A stretch of DNA of 64,000 nucleotides from Terriglobia bacterium. Lineage in GTDB: Bacteria > Acidobacteriota > Polarisedimenticolia > Polarisedimenticolales > JAIQFR01. The translations under genes and the position numbers were made by a program. The stretch is taken from the NCBI GenBank assembly GCA_963748015.1, contig CAVVHE010000004.1, forward strand, positions 928,001-992,000, given 5' to 3'. Below the pieces are notes generated by a model that was not told the DNA's origin, searched no databases, and worked only from the letters and a program-made list of their open reading frames with translations. Below, piece after piece: positions 19,712 to 31,335 of the stretch. The number at the start of each line of letters is the position of its first letter. Positions within the stretch are counted from its first letter, which is position 1.

Positions 19712-20989
19712 ATGGCGCTCGAAGGGACCCTCAAGGACTTCGGGCTGGCGGACATCCTCCAGCTCATCGGGATCCAGCGCAAGACCGGCCTCCTGACCGT
19801 CGAGAACGACGAGGATGCGGTCACGGTCAGCTTCATCGACGGGCAGGTCGTCGGCGCGGACACCCGGCGCAGGAACCTCGAGGACCTCCTGGGCTCCGTG
19901 CTCGTCCGGACCGGGAGGATCACCGAGCCGCAGCTCCAGGAGACCCTGCGGGTCCAGAAGTGCACGCTCCAGCGCCTCGGCTACCTGCTGATCCATGCGG
20001 GCCACGTCTCGGAACAGGACCTGCAGGACGCTCTCCGGATCCAGGTCACCCAGATCGTCTACCGTCTCTTCCGGTGGCGCGCCGGCCGCTACCAGTTCGC
20101 CCCCGCCGAGCACATGGAGTACGACCGAGAGCATTTCGTGCCGGTCAGCGCGGAGACCATCCTGATGGAAGGCGCGCGGATGGTCGACGAGTGGCCGATC
20201 ATCGAGCGGCGAATCCGTTCGGGTCAGGTGGTGCTGCGCAAGACGGCCGCCGGTGCCGCGGTGGAAGCGCCCGTCCGCTCGCTCGTGGAAGCGGACATCG
20301 ACCTGGGCCTCACCGGCTCCGCCGAAGCGGGTGAAGGTCCCGCCGAGGTGGAGCTCCTCCCGGAGGCGCGCGAGGTCCTCCGCATGGTGGACGGGCACTC
20401 CAACGTTCAGCTTCTCGCCGAGAGGTGCCCTCTCGGAGAATTCGACACCTACCGGATCCTGTACGAGCTGATGAACCACAACCTGATCGAGGAGGTGCGC
20501 GCCGCGGCGGTGCTCGAGCCCCTGCGCCCGGCCGGGCTGCGGGAGCGGCTGGCAGCGCAGGCCCTCCCGTTGTTGCTGGCGGCCGTCGCGGTCGTCTCCC
20601 TCCTGACCCTCAAATTCAATCCGGCTTCTCCCTGGCGGGTCGAGATGCGAGGAGACACCACGGACCGCCTTCGCACGTTCGCGAGCCGGGCGAGGATCGA
20701 GCGGGTGGAACACGCCGTCCGGGCCTTCTATCTCGATTTCGGCGCGGTCCCCGAGCGCCTCGACGCCCTCGTGCAGAGCGGCTATCTCGAGCGGCCCGAT
20801 CTCCTGGACCCCTGGGGGCGCCCCTACCGCTACCTCCTCGCGCCCGAAGGCTACCGCCTCGAGGGGCTCGACGGCGGCGGCACCGAAAGCGACGAGCTGA
20901 CCGTGCAGCACCGCTTCAGCGCCGCCGAACGGATGGTCCTCGATGGTGCCGCCGCGTCCGCCACTCACGGCGGCCGCGCCCGTCCTTGA
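19712..20989 (+). CDS. DUF4388 + MshEN-like + TM + GspG(T2SS pseudopilin)-like fusion protein
   Basis: MALEGTLKDFGLADILQLI..KTGLL (DUF4388/PatA-N), tandem 24-aa MshEN-type motifs, TM helix, C-terminal DPWGRPYRY. Confidence 0.7.
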   Translation: MALEGTLKDFGLADILQLIGIQRKTGLLTVENDEDAVTVSFIDGQVVGADTRRRNLEDLLGSVLVRTGRITEPQLQETLRVQKCTLQRLGYLLIHAGHVSEQDLQDALRIQVTQIVYRLFRWRAGRYQFAPAEHMEYDREHFVPVSAETILMEGARMVDEWPIIERRIRSGQVVLRKTAAGAAVEAPVRSLVEADIDLGLTGSAEAGEGPAEVELLPEAREVLRMVDGHSNVQLLAERCPLGEFDTYRILYELMNHNLIEEVRAAAVLEPLRPAGLRERLAAQALPLLLAAVAVVSLLTLKFNPASPWRVEMRGDTTDRLRTFASRARIERVEHAVRAFYLDFGAVPERLDALVQSGYLERPDLLDPWGRPYRYLLAPEGYRLEGLDGGGTESDELTVQHRFSAAERMVLDGAAASATHGGRARP

Positions 20990-21014
20990 CACCCCGATCC
21001 CCGCGTCTTAACTA
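20986..21014 (+). promoter_or_regulatory. Putative sigma70 promoter for dnaK operon
   Basis: TTGACA-N17-TAACTA. Confidence 0.45.
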
Positions 21015-21065
21015 AACGCTCGCGGCGTCGGTAGGACGATGTGTCCTCCGGCGGGGAGGGGAACC

Positions 21066-22985
<1,920 letters not shown>

Positions 22986-23021
22986 CGGCGCGCCGTCGCC
23001 AGGCCGCGCGGGGAGGAGAGA

Positions 23022-23465
23022 ATGGCCGGCAACGATTGGGATCCGCTGAAGGAGCTCGCGAGCGTACGCGAGCGGATGAACAAGCTCTTCGAGAGCGCCC
23101 TGGCGCGGACCAATTTCGACTCCGAGGCCGGCGCCCTGGCTTGGACTCCGGTCACCGACGTCTACGAGACCCCCGAGCGAATGATCCTCCACGTCGAGCT
23201 GCCCGGGCTCGACCAGGCCGACATCGACGTCCGCGTCGAGCGGGACGAGCTTCTCGTGCAGGGGGAGCGCCGGATGGACCGGGACCCGGCCGGGGAGTTC
23301 CACCGGGTCGAACGATCGTACGGTAAATTCCTTCGCCGCTTCCCGCTCCCGCCGGGGGTGGACCGCGACTCGGTCGAGGCACTCTACCGGGACGGCGTCC
23401 TGACCGTCACCCTGACCAAGCACGACCGCGACCGATCCGGCGCGATCCGGGTTGCCGTGCGGTGA
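23022..23465 (+). CDS. Small heat shock protein Hsp20/alpha-crystallin
   Basis: PVTDVYE, ELPG, VERSYGKFLRRFPLP, YRDGVLTVTL. Confidence 0.92.
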   Translation: MAGNDWDPLKELASVRERMNKLFESALARTNFDSEAGALAWTPVTDVYETPERMILHVELPGLDQADIDVRVERDELLVQGERRMDRDPAGEFHRVERSYGKFLRRFPLPPGVDRDSVEALYRDGVLTVTLTKHDRDRSGAIRVAVR

Positions 23466-23466
23466 C

Positions 23467-23799
23467 ATGCCTCCGAGAGGCCGCAACCCCCAGCGCTCGG
23501 GCTACTACCTGATCAGCTGGGTCGCCCGGACCCACCGCATCCATCCCCAGACCCTGCGGCTCTACGAGCGGGCGGGCCTTCTGGCCCCGGAGCGCTCGGG
23601 GGGCCGGGCACGTCTCTACTCGGACGGCGACCTCGCAAGACTCGAGCTGATTCTGGGATTGACGCGCGATCTCGGCGTCAACCTCGCCGGGGTGGACGTG
23701 ATCCTCCGCCTCCGCGAGAAGGTCGCCGAACTGCAGCGCGAGGTCGTCCGGCTCCGCAAGGGCGCCGCAGCCGCAAGGCGATCCCGCCGCGAGAGTTGA
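23467..23799 (+). CDS. hspR: HspR-like MerR-family heat-shock repressor
   Basis: YLISWVA..IHPQTLRLYERAGLLAP, LTRDLGVNLAGV; located in the dnaK operon. Confidence 0.8.
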   Translation: MPPRGRNPQRSGYYLISWVARTHRIHPQTLRLYERAGLLAPERSGGRARLYSDGDLARLELILGLTRDLGVNLAGVDVILRLREKVAELQREVVRLRKGAAAARRSRRES

Positions 23800-23887
23800 C
23801 GCTCGAATGCGCCCGAACCCGTTTCGCCTCCGCTCGGGGGAGCGCTCCTAGCGCGTGCTATACTCACCGCGTTTTTGCGGGAGAGGA

Positions 23888-24745
23888 ATGGATCAAGAAC
23901 GCGAGGAATCGGGCGGATCCAGTTCGGAATCGCTCAAGAAGTACTTGAGGGAGATCTCGCGGCTTCCCCGGGTCACCGCGGAGGAAGAGCGGGTCCTGGG
24001 CCGGCGCATCCAAAAAGGCGACGCGAAGGCGCTCCGGAAGCTCGTCGAGGCGAACCTCCGCTTCGTCGTGTCGTACGCCAAGCGGTACCGGGGGTGCGGC
24101 CTCTCCTTCCTCGACCTCATCAACGAGGGGAACATCGGCCTCATCGAGGCGGCCAAACGGTACGATCCCACCAAGAACGTGAAGTTCATCACCTACGCGG
24201 TGTGGTGGGTGAGGCAGGCGATCATTCACGCGCTGTCCGACCAGAGCGGCGCCTTCAGGCTCCCGCAGAAACAGGCCAACCTCCTCTACCGCATCGGGAA
24301 GGCACAGTCGAGTCTCCGCTCGAAGCTGCGGCGAACGCCGTCGGCCGAGGAGATCGCCCGCGCGATGGAGGTGAGCGTCGAGGAGGTCACCAACCTCCTC
24401 CAGGTTTCGGACGAGAACATTTCCCTTTCCGCGATCATCGACGAGGAGCACGAGTTCCACCTCTCCGACAAGCTGGAGCAGGGGATCATCCCATCCGCCG
24501 ACCTCGTCCTCCTGCGCTCCTCCCTCAAGGGGCTCCTTCGCAAGGCCCTCGACGAGCTGGACGAGAAGGAGGATCGGGTCATCCGCCTCCGGTTCGGGCT
24601 CGACGGCGCCGATCCGAAGACGCTCAAGGAGATCGGCGAGATGATGAACCTCTCGAGAGAGCGGATCCGGCAGATCGAGGCGCAGGCGATCGAGAAGCTG
24701 AACCGCTCCCAGAAGTGCCAGCAGCTTCGCGGGTATCTCAACTGA
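23888..24745 (+). CDS. Sigma-70 family factor, RpoD/RpoS-like without region 1.1
   Basis: LVEANLRFVVS, DLINEGNIGLIEA, KFITYAVWWVRQAI, TLKEIG..SRERIRQIE; extended -10 TGCTATACT upstream. Confidence 0.9.
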   Translation: MDQEREESGGSSSESLKKYLREISRLPRVTAEEERVLGRRIQKGDAKALRKLVEANLRFVVSYAKRYRGCGLSFLDLINEGNIGLIEAAKRYDPTKNVKFITYAVWWVRQAIIHALSDQSGAFRLPQKQANLLYRIGKAQSSLRSKLRRTPSAEEIARAMEVSVEEVTNLLQVSDENISLSAIIDEEHEFHLSDKLEQGIIPSADLVLLRSSLKGLLRKALDELDEKEDRVIRLRFGLDGADPKTLKEIGEMMNLSRERIRQIEAQAIEKLNRSQKCQQLRGYLN

Positions 24746-24797
24746 CCACGCCGCGGCCGGCGCGCTGCTCCAACCGGTCCGCTCGCGGAGGCCACCG

Positions 24798-25544
24798 ATG
24801 ACGGCGTCCTGCCCGCTCTGCCACGGAACCGGATTCGAGATCCGGACCCGCCCCGACGGCCTCTCGGCCGCGGTGGAGTGCGAGTGCGGCCGGCAGGGAA
24901 AGGGAGACGCGCTCCTCCGCGCCGCCCGGATTCCGAAGCGCTACGACCACTGCTCTCTCGACTCCTTCGAGATCCACGATCCGAGCCACGAGGCGGCGCT
25001 CCGCGTCGCGCGCGAGTGGATCGAGCGCTGGCCCGACCGGACGGAACAGGGGTTGCTCTACTTCGGGGAGCCCGGCACGGGCAAGACCCACCTGATGGTG
25101 GGCCTCGCCCGGGAGCTCGTCCGCACGAAGGGAGCGCGCGTGCTGTTCTACGAGCAGCGCCAGCTCTTGAAGGACATCCAAGCGACCTTCGACGCCGGGG
25201 CCGCCCGCACCGAGTGGGACGTGATGGGCCCGGTGTTCGACGCCGAGGTCCTCGTGCTCGACGACCTGGGCGCGGGGCGGACGACGCCCTGGGCGCGCGA
25301 CGTGATGCACGACCTCATCGCCCACCGCTACAACGAGAGACTCCCCCTGATCATGACGTCCAACAGGCCGACCGGCGAGGAAGAGGATCCGCGTCCCGCC
25401 GATCCCTCGCTCGTCGAAGGGCTCACCCTCCGAGACCGTCTCGGCGAGGCGCTGATGTCGCGGCTGTACGAGATGTGCCTGATCGTCCGCGTGGGCGGCA
25501 AGGATTTCCGGCGGGGAGTGCTGCACGCAAGACATCGATTCTGA
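24798..25544 (+). CDS. DnaC/IstB-like AAA+ ATPase with N-terminal Cys motif
   Basis: CPLCHG..ECEC, ARIPKRY, GEPGTGKTHL, LVLDDLG, IMTSN, SRLYEMC. Confidence 0.8.
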   Translation: MTASCPLCHGTGFEIRTRPDGLSAAVECECGRQGKGDALLRAARIPKRYDHCSLDSFEIHDPSHEAALRVAREWIERWPDRTEQGLLYFGEPGTGKTHLMVGLARELVRTKGARVLFYEQRQLLKDIQATFDAGAARTEWDVMGPVFDAEVLVLDDLGAGRTTPWARDVMHDLIAHRYNERLPLIMTSNRPTGEEEDPRPADPSLVEGLTLRDRLGEALMSRLYEMCLIVRVGGKDFRRGVLHARHRF

Positions 25545-25581
25545 GACGGCCGCGCACGCGCGCGTCCCGGAGAGGCAAGCC

Positions 25582-26373
25582 ATGGACCGTGCCGAATTCA
25601 CCAACCTCCTCTGCGAGGTCCGCGACCGCACCTACTGGCTGACCGTCCACCGTCCCGACAAGCTCAACGCGCTGAATCGCGAGACCATGACCGAGATCGG
25701 GGAGGCCATCCGCGCCGCGGTGGCGGACCCCTCCGTGGGCGCCATCGTCGTCACGGGGGCGGGGGAGAAAGCCTTCGTCGCGGGGGCGGACATCGCGGAG
25801 ATGAGCAAGATGGACCCGGCGGAGGCCCGGGCGTTCTCCCGCTTCCTGCAGGAAGTCCTGGACCGGATCGAGCACTCTCCGAAACCTGTCGTGGCGGCGG
25901 TGAACGGGTACGCGCTCGGCGGAGGCCTCGAGCTCGCGATGGCCTGTCACGTCCGTATCGCCTCCGACGGCGCGCGGTTCGGCCAGCCCGAGGTCGGCCT
26001 CGGGCTGATACCGGGAGCCGGCGGGACGCAGCGCCTCCCGAGAATCGTGGGGCGTGGAGCCGCCCTGAGCCTCATCCTGAGCGGCGAGATGATCGGTGCC
26101 GCCGAGGCGCTGAGGCTCGGCCTGGTCAGCAGGGTCGTTCCCGCCGCAGCGCTCCGCGAAACCGTCGAGGCCTTCGCCGCGACGCTGAATTCGAAGAGTC
26201 CGGTGGCGCTCGCGCGAGCGCTCGAGGCGGTGATCTCCGGGGTCGAGTTGCCCCTCGTCGAATCGCAGCGGCTCGAGGCGGCCCTCTTCGCCCTCTGTTT
26301 CGCCGGCGAGGACATGCGCGAGGGAACGGCGGCGTTCCTCGAGAAGCGAAAGCCTTCCTTCCCCGGAAGGTAG
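25582..26373 (+). CDS. Enoyl-CoA hydratase/crotonase family
   Basis: AFVAGADI, NGYALGGGLELAMAC, FGQPEVGLGLIPGAGGTQRLPR, AFLEKRKP. Confidence 0.92.
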   Translation: MDRAEFTNLLCEVRDRTYWLTVHRPDKLNALNRETMTEIGEAIRAAVADPSVGAIVVTGAGEKAFVAGADIAEMSKMDPAEARAFSRFLQEVLDRIEHSPKPVVAAVNGYALGGGLELAMACHVRIASDGARFGQPEVGLGLIPGAGGTQRLPRIVGRGAALSLILSGEMIGAAEALRLGLVSRVVPAAALRETVEAFAATLNSKSPVALARALEAVISGVELPLVESQRLEAALFALCFAGEDMREGTAAFLEKRKPSFPGR

Positions 26374-26379
26374 TCGCCG

Positions 26380-28323
26380 GTGTGGCGGCTCAGGTTCTTC
26401 CGGATCCTCGTCCCGGCGCTGCTGGTGCCGTTCGTGGTCGTGCTGTTCCTGATGATGCGGGAGCGCCCCGGCTCCCAAACCCCGTCGGAGGGTGCGCGCC
26501 CCTTCCCCGGCGCGCGGGCCGAGCGCATCGAGTTGACGGACCTCCTCGGCGGCTCGAGGCGCGGCTCCATCACGGCCCGGGTCTTCCAGTGGGATGACCA
26601 GGGGCGCCTCCACCTCGAGGGAATCGAGAAGCTGGTGATCGACCGGGAGGAGGGGCCTCCGCTGGTCGTGAGCGCGGAGCGCGGAGGGGTCGAGGGATCA
26701 CCCGGAAACCGCCTGATGCGACTCGAGGGGGGCGTGAGCGTCCGCGAGGAGGAGGAAGGCCTCGCCGTCTCCCTCCCAACCCTCGAGGTGAACGAGGCGG
26801 CGGGAGAGGCGCGCTCCATCGGCGAGGTGGCGGTCGAGGACCCCTCCTACAAGGGCCGGGCCACGGAGGTCGTTTACGGCCTCCGCGGTCAACCGACCGT
26901 CCTTTCGGGCTTCGAGATCGCCGGCAAGGACGGCTCGAGCCTGTCCGCCCAGAAGGCCACGCTGCTCGACGGACCGAGAGACGTGGAACTCTCGGGAGAG
27001 GTCCGGGGCGAGGGCCTCGGCTGGCGGCTCGTCGCCGGCCGTCTCCGGGTCAAGAGAGACAAGGCCGGGAAGTTGCGGCACGCGGCCGCCGCCGAGGAGG
27101 TCGCCGGGACCCGCGTCGCGCCGGGCGGCCAGGCCGGCCGCTTCGCGGCCGACCGCGTCGAGGCGTCCTGGGACGAGGCGGGAAGCCCCGAGACGATCGT
27201 GCTCGACGGGAAGGCGCGCGTGCAGCGCGGCGGCGAGGCCCTCTCGGCGGGACGCATCGAGGCCACGAGATCGGCGGCCGGGGGGTGGGGGAGCCGCGCG
27301 TTCGGTGCCGTGCGCGCGGCGGCACTCTGGAAGGACGCGCCCGCCGTGATGCAGTCCGAGAGCCTGGCGGCGAGCATGGACGCGAAGGGAGGACTCCTGC
27401 GCGCCGAGCTCGACGGGAACGTGCGCTTCGAGGGGAGCGGCGCCTCGGGGGAGGCCGCGCACCTGACCTTCGTCCCGGGAGTGCGCGGCGAGGCCACCCT
27501 GGTCTCCGGGCCCGGACGGCGAGCGCGTCTCGCGCGCGACCGGACGCGCGTCGCCGCGGACACCTTGACCACCGACCCCGAGGGAACGGAGTTGACGGCC
27601 CGTGGGCGCGTCGAGTCCACCCTGCTTCCGGCCGCGGCGCCTTCCGGACCCGCCGCGCAGGCCGGCGGGCTGTTCGTGGAGGGGCAGGCGGTGCACTTCG
27701 TGTCCGGCAAGCTCCGGAGCTTCGGGCCCGAGAACCGGCTCGAGTTCGACGGCGAGGTGCGCGGGTGGCAAGGCGAGCGAAACCTCTCCGCGGACCACGT
27801 CGAGGTGAGACAGCGGCCCGAGGAGCTTCACGCCAGCGGGAGCGTGGCCACCCGGATACCGAGGGACCGCGGGGCCTCGACCTCCGAAGCGGATTACATC
27901 AAGGTCACGGCTGGCCAGCTCGACTACCGCGCGGCCGACCGCAAGGCGGTCTACAGCGGCAACGTGCGCGCCCGGCAGGCGGAGGGCTGGCTCGAGGCAG
28001 CAGGCCTCGAGATCCTCTTTTCCAGCGAGAAGGGGGACGTCCGCGAGATGACGGCTTCGGGGGACGTCCGCTTCGAATTCCACTCCACGGCGAGCGGCGC
28101 GATGCCACAGCCGGTGACGGGAGACGGCGACCGGATCGAGTACACCCCCGGCGAGAGCTTGATTCGCCTGTTCGGCGACGAGGGTCCCGCGACCGTCCGG
28201 CGAGCCGGCGCGCAGGGGGGCACGACCACGGGACGGGTGCTACGCTATCGCCTCGATCTGGGCACCATCGAGGTCGAGTCCGGCGACCGGAATCGAGCGC
28301 GAATCCGGACTCCCGGCAGGTGA
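26380..28323 (+). CDS. Long LptC/LptA(OstA)-like beta-jellyroll protein
   Basis: N-terminal TM anchor then repeated beta-rich units ([24 protein letters not shown]); directly upstream of lptB. Confidence 0.7.
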   Translation: MWRLRFFRILVPALLVPFVVVLFLMMRERPGSQTPSEGARPFPGARAERIELTDLLGGSRRGSITARVFQWDDQGRLHLEGIEKLVIDREEGPPLVVSAERGGVEGSPGNRLMRLEGGVSVREEEEGLAVSLPTLEVNEAAGEARSIGEVAVEDPSYKGRATEVVYGLRGQPTVLSGFEIAGKDGSSLSAQKATLLDGPRDVELSGEVRGEGLGWRLVAGRLRVKRDKAGKLRHAAAAEEVAGTRVAPGGQAGRFAADRVEASWDEAGSPETIVLDGKARVQRGGEALSAGRIEATRSAAGGWGSRAFGAVRAAALWKDAPAVMQSESLAASMDAKGGLLRAELDGNVRFEGSGASGEAAHLTFVPGVRGEATLVSGPGRRARLARDRTRVAADTLTTDPEGTELTARGRVESTLLPAAAPSGPAAQAGGLFVEGQAVHFVSGKLRSFGPENRLEFDGEVRGWQGERNLSADHVEVRQRPEELHASGSVATRIPRDRGASTSEADYIKVTAGQLDYRAADRKAVYSGNVRARQAEGWLEAAGLEILFSSEKGDVREMTASGDVRFEFHSTASGAMPQPVTGDGDRIEYTPGESLIRLFGDEGPATVRRAGAQGGTTTGRVLRYRLDLGTIEVESGDRNRARIRTPGR

Positions 28324-28330
28324 GGACGAC

Positions 28331-29091
28331 GTGAGGGAGGCGGCCGAGGCGACGGCGGCGGGAAACGGCGCGGGCCTGGTCGCCGAGAATCTCGCCAAGA
28401 CGTACCGGAGACGGACCGTCGTGGACGGGGTCACGGTGCGTATTCTCCCGGGCGAGGTCGTGGGCCTGCTCGGACCGAATGGCGCCGGCAAGACCACCTC
28501 GTTCTACCTCATCCTGGGACTGGTCCCGCCCAGCGCGGAAGGGTCCTCCTCGACGGCCGAGACATCACCGCCATGCCGATGTACCTGAGGGCCCGCCACG
28601 GGATCGGATACCTTCCGCAGGAAGCCTCCATTTTCCGGCGCATGACGGTCGAGCAGAACCTCCTGGCGATCCTGGAGGTCCGGGGAGCCGACGCGGCGTT
28701 CTCCCGGCAGCGCTGCGGAGAGCTAATGGAGGAATTCGGGTTGAAGCACGTCGCCAAGACTCCCGGATACGCCCTGTCCGGGGGAGAGCGGCGCCGCGCG
28801 GAGATCGCCCGGGCCCTGGCCAGCGAGCCGCGCTACATGCTCCTCGACGAGCCGTTCGCCGGCATCGACCCCATCGCGGTGGCCGATCTCCAGCAGGTCG
28901 TGGTCCGGCTGCGCGGGCGCGGCATCGGGGTCCTGATCACCGACCACAACGTGCGAGAAACTTTGCAGATCACCGATCGGGCGTATATTATCAGCCAGGG
29001 TCGTATCTTTCGTGACGGAACGCCCGCGGATCTGGCCGCAGACGCGGAAGTCCGCAGGGTTTACCTGGGAGAGCATTTCCGGCTCCACTGA
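28331..29091 (+). CDS. lptB: LPS export ABC ATPase LptB, apparent frameshift near 28537
   Basis: [12 protein letters not shown] in one frame; [36 protein letters not shown] in the -1 frame. Confidence 0.93.
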
Positions 29092-29112
29092 GCCGGGCAC
29101 GCGCCGAGGCTG

Positions 29113-30555
29113 ATGGCCCTCGAACAAAAACTAAGCGTCCGGATGAGCCAGCGGCTCATCATGACGCCATCGCTGCAGCAGGCCATCAAGCTGCTGCAGA
29201 TGTCGAAGCTCGAGCTCACCGACGAGATCCAGCAGGAGCTCGTCGAGAACCCCGTTCTCGAGGAAGTCCTCGAGGAGCCCGCCCCTCCGGACCGCGCCGA
29301 GAGCGAGACCCGCGCGGAGGAGAAGGCCCCGGCCGAGGAGGGGCCCAAGGATCCCTTCGAGGAGATCGACTACGAGTCCTACTTCCAGGACACCGAGGGG
29401 GGATACGTCCCGCGGGGAATGGCGGAGTCCAACGAGGATCTTCCGTCCTTCGAGAACGTCCTGACCCGTCCCCAGAACCTCGCCGATCACCTGACGTGGC
29501 AGCTCGACATGTCCACGTCGTCGGATATCCGCAAGGAAATCGGTCGCGCGATCATCGGCAACCTCAACGAGGACGGTTATCTCCGCGCGTCGCTGGACGA
29601 GATCCGGGAGATGGGCACCTACCCGGCGGAAGAGGTCGAGACGACGCTCTCGGTGATCCAGTCGCTCGACCCGGTGGGCGTGGCCGCCCGCGACCTCGTC
29701 GAGTGCCTGTGCCTCCAGCTCCGGCACTTCGGCCAGGCGGGGACCGCCGCCGAGACGATCGTCCGGCACCACCTCGACAAGCTGCAAAACCGCCGGTACA
29801 AGGAGCTGGCCGAGATCCTCGGCCTCGACCTCGAGGACCTGCAGGCCGAGGTCGAGATCATTCGCCACCTCGATCCGCGTCCCGGACAGAAGTACAACGT
29901 CGACAGCAGCCGGTACGTCGTTCCCGACGTCTACGTCGTCAAGATCGGCGACGATTACCAGATCCTCCTGAACGAGGAAGGCCTCCCCCGGCTGCGCATC
30001 AGCCCGGTCTACCGCCGCATGGTCGAGCGCGGAGCCTCGGCGAGCACCCCCACCGACGCCAAGGACTACGTGCGGAACAAGCTTCGCTCGGCCTTCCGCC
30101 TGATCAAGAGCCTCGAGGAGCGCCAGAGGACCATCTTCAAGGTGGCCCGCTCCATCGTGACGTTCCAGAAGGACTTCCTCGATCTCGGCATCGAGCACTT
30201 GCGCCCGCTGGTTCTCAAGGACGTCGCCGACGACATCGGCATGCACGAATCCACGGTGAGCCGCGTGGTGAACAACAAGTACATGCACACCCACCGCGGG
30301 CTCTTCGAGATGCGCTTCTTCTTCCACAGCGGGATCTCGTCCTCGAACCAGAGCGAGAACGTCTCGTCCCTGGCGGTCAAGGATCGCATCCGGAAGATCA
30401 TCGGCGCGGAGGACGCCAAGCGCCCGCTCTCGGACGCGGCCATCGTCAAGATCCTCCGTGCGGAGGGTCTGGACATCGCCCGCAGGACCGTGGCCAAGTA
30501 CCGCGAGGAGCTCAAGATCCCCGCTTCAAGCAGCCGGAAGGAGGCCTTCCGCTGA
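29113..30555 (+). CDS. rpoN: RNA polymerase sigma-54 factor
   Basis: MTPSLQQAIKLLQ, HESTVSRV, RpoN box ARRTVAKYRE. Confidence 0.97.
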   Translation: MALEQKLSVRMSQRLIMTPSLQQAIKLLQMSKLELTDEIQQELVENPVLEEVLEEPAPPDRAESETRAEEKAPAEEGPKDPFEEIDYESYFQDTEGGYVPRGMAESNEDLPSFENVLTRPQNLADHLTWQLDMSTSSDIRKEIGRAIIGNLNEDGYLRASLDEIREMGTYPAEEVETTLSVIQSLDPVGVAARDLVECLCLQLRHFGQAGTAAETIVRHHLDKLQNRRYKELAEILGLDLEDLQAEVEIIRHLDPRPGQKYNVDSSRYVVPDVYVVKIGDDYQILLNEEGLPRLRISPVYRRMVERGASASTPTDAKDYVRNKLRSAFRLIKSLEERQRTIFKVARSIVTFQKDFLDLGIEHLRPLVLKDVADDIGMHESTVSRVVNNKYMHTHRGLFEMRFFFHSGISSSNQSENVSSLAVKDRIRKIIGAEDAKRPLSDAAIVKILRAEGLDIARRTVAKYREELKIPASSSRKEAFR

Positions 30556-30577
30556 ACCGGCCCCCTCGGAGGAGATC

Positions 30578-31138
30578 ATGAAGATCGACATCACCGGCCG
30601 ACAGATCGAGATCACGCCCGCACTGCGCGAGTTCACGATGGAGAAGCTGCGCAAGCTCGAGAAGCTCCTCGACGGCCCGCTGGACGTTCACGTGGTGCTC
30701 GCGGTGGAGAAGCACCGCCACCTCGCCGAGATCCAGGTCAAGTCGAGAACGGCCGTCCTGTCGGGCGCCGAGGAGACCGGCGATCTGTACGCCTCGATCG
30801 GCGAGGTCGCGGACAAGCTCGAGCGTCAGGCCCTGAAGCACAAGGAGAAGGTCACCGAGAAGAAGCGGCGGGAGGGGACGCGCGCGTCCGAGGCCGTCGC
30901 GGCCCTGACGGTGCGGGAGGAGGCCGCCGAGAGGGAAACGACGCGGCAGGAGCTGCCGGCCCGGATTCTCGAGAGCCGCCGCTACCGGCTCAAGCCGCTG
31001 TCCGCCGAGGACGCGGTGATGGAGCTGGAGGCCACCGGCGAGGAGCTCCTGGTGTACCGCGATGCCCGCACCTACAGGGTCAACGTCGTCCACCGCCGCA
31101 AGGACGGGAATTTCGGGCTCGTCGATCCCGAGTTCTGA
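30578..31138 (+). CDS. hpf: Ribosome hibernation promoting factor, long form
   Basis: MKIDITGRQIEITPALR, DLYASI, C-terminal KPLSAEDAVMEL..VNVVHRRKDGNFGLV. Confidence 0.92.
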   Translation: MKIDITGRQIEITPALREFTMEKLRKLEKLLDGPLDVHVVLAVEKHRHLAEIQVKSRTAVLSGAEETGDLYASIGEVADKLERQALKHKEKVTEKKRREGTRASEAVAALTVREEAAERETTRQELPARILESRRYRLKPLSAEDAVMELEATGEELLVYRDARTYRVNVVHRRKDGNFGLVDPEF

Positions 31139-31173
31139 GAACCGGCGGCGCCGCGCCGGGAGGCGGCGCTCGC

Positions 31174-31202
31174 TTGACCCCTTCCGGGCTCCCTGGTAGC
31201 TT
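31174..31202 (+). promoter_or_regulatory. Putative sigma70 promoter for the mutase operon
   Basis: TTGACC-N17-TAGCTT with TGn extension. Confidence 0.55.
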
Positions 31203-31335
31203 TTGGACTCGCGCGGAGTAGCGGAGGTGTGCTCGCCTTCGTGCCGGCATGCCTCGGCCCGAGGCCTGGTGACCGGGCGCTTCGGCGAGACTGGCCCGCG
31301 GCCTCCCGGGCGGCCGCGGTGGAGACGCTCTTCCG

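Noticed and set aside
24798..25544. IS21 element
   Set aside because: No IstA transposase or terminal inverted repeats nearby.
31203..31335. Possible cobalamin riboswitch ahead of the B12 mutase
   Set aside because: The leader is GC-rich, but I could not find B12-box or other conserved riboswitch motifs.
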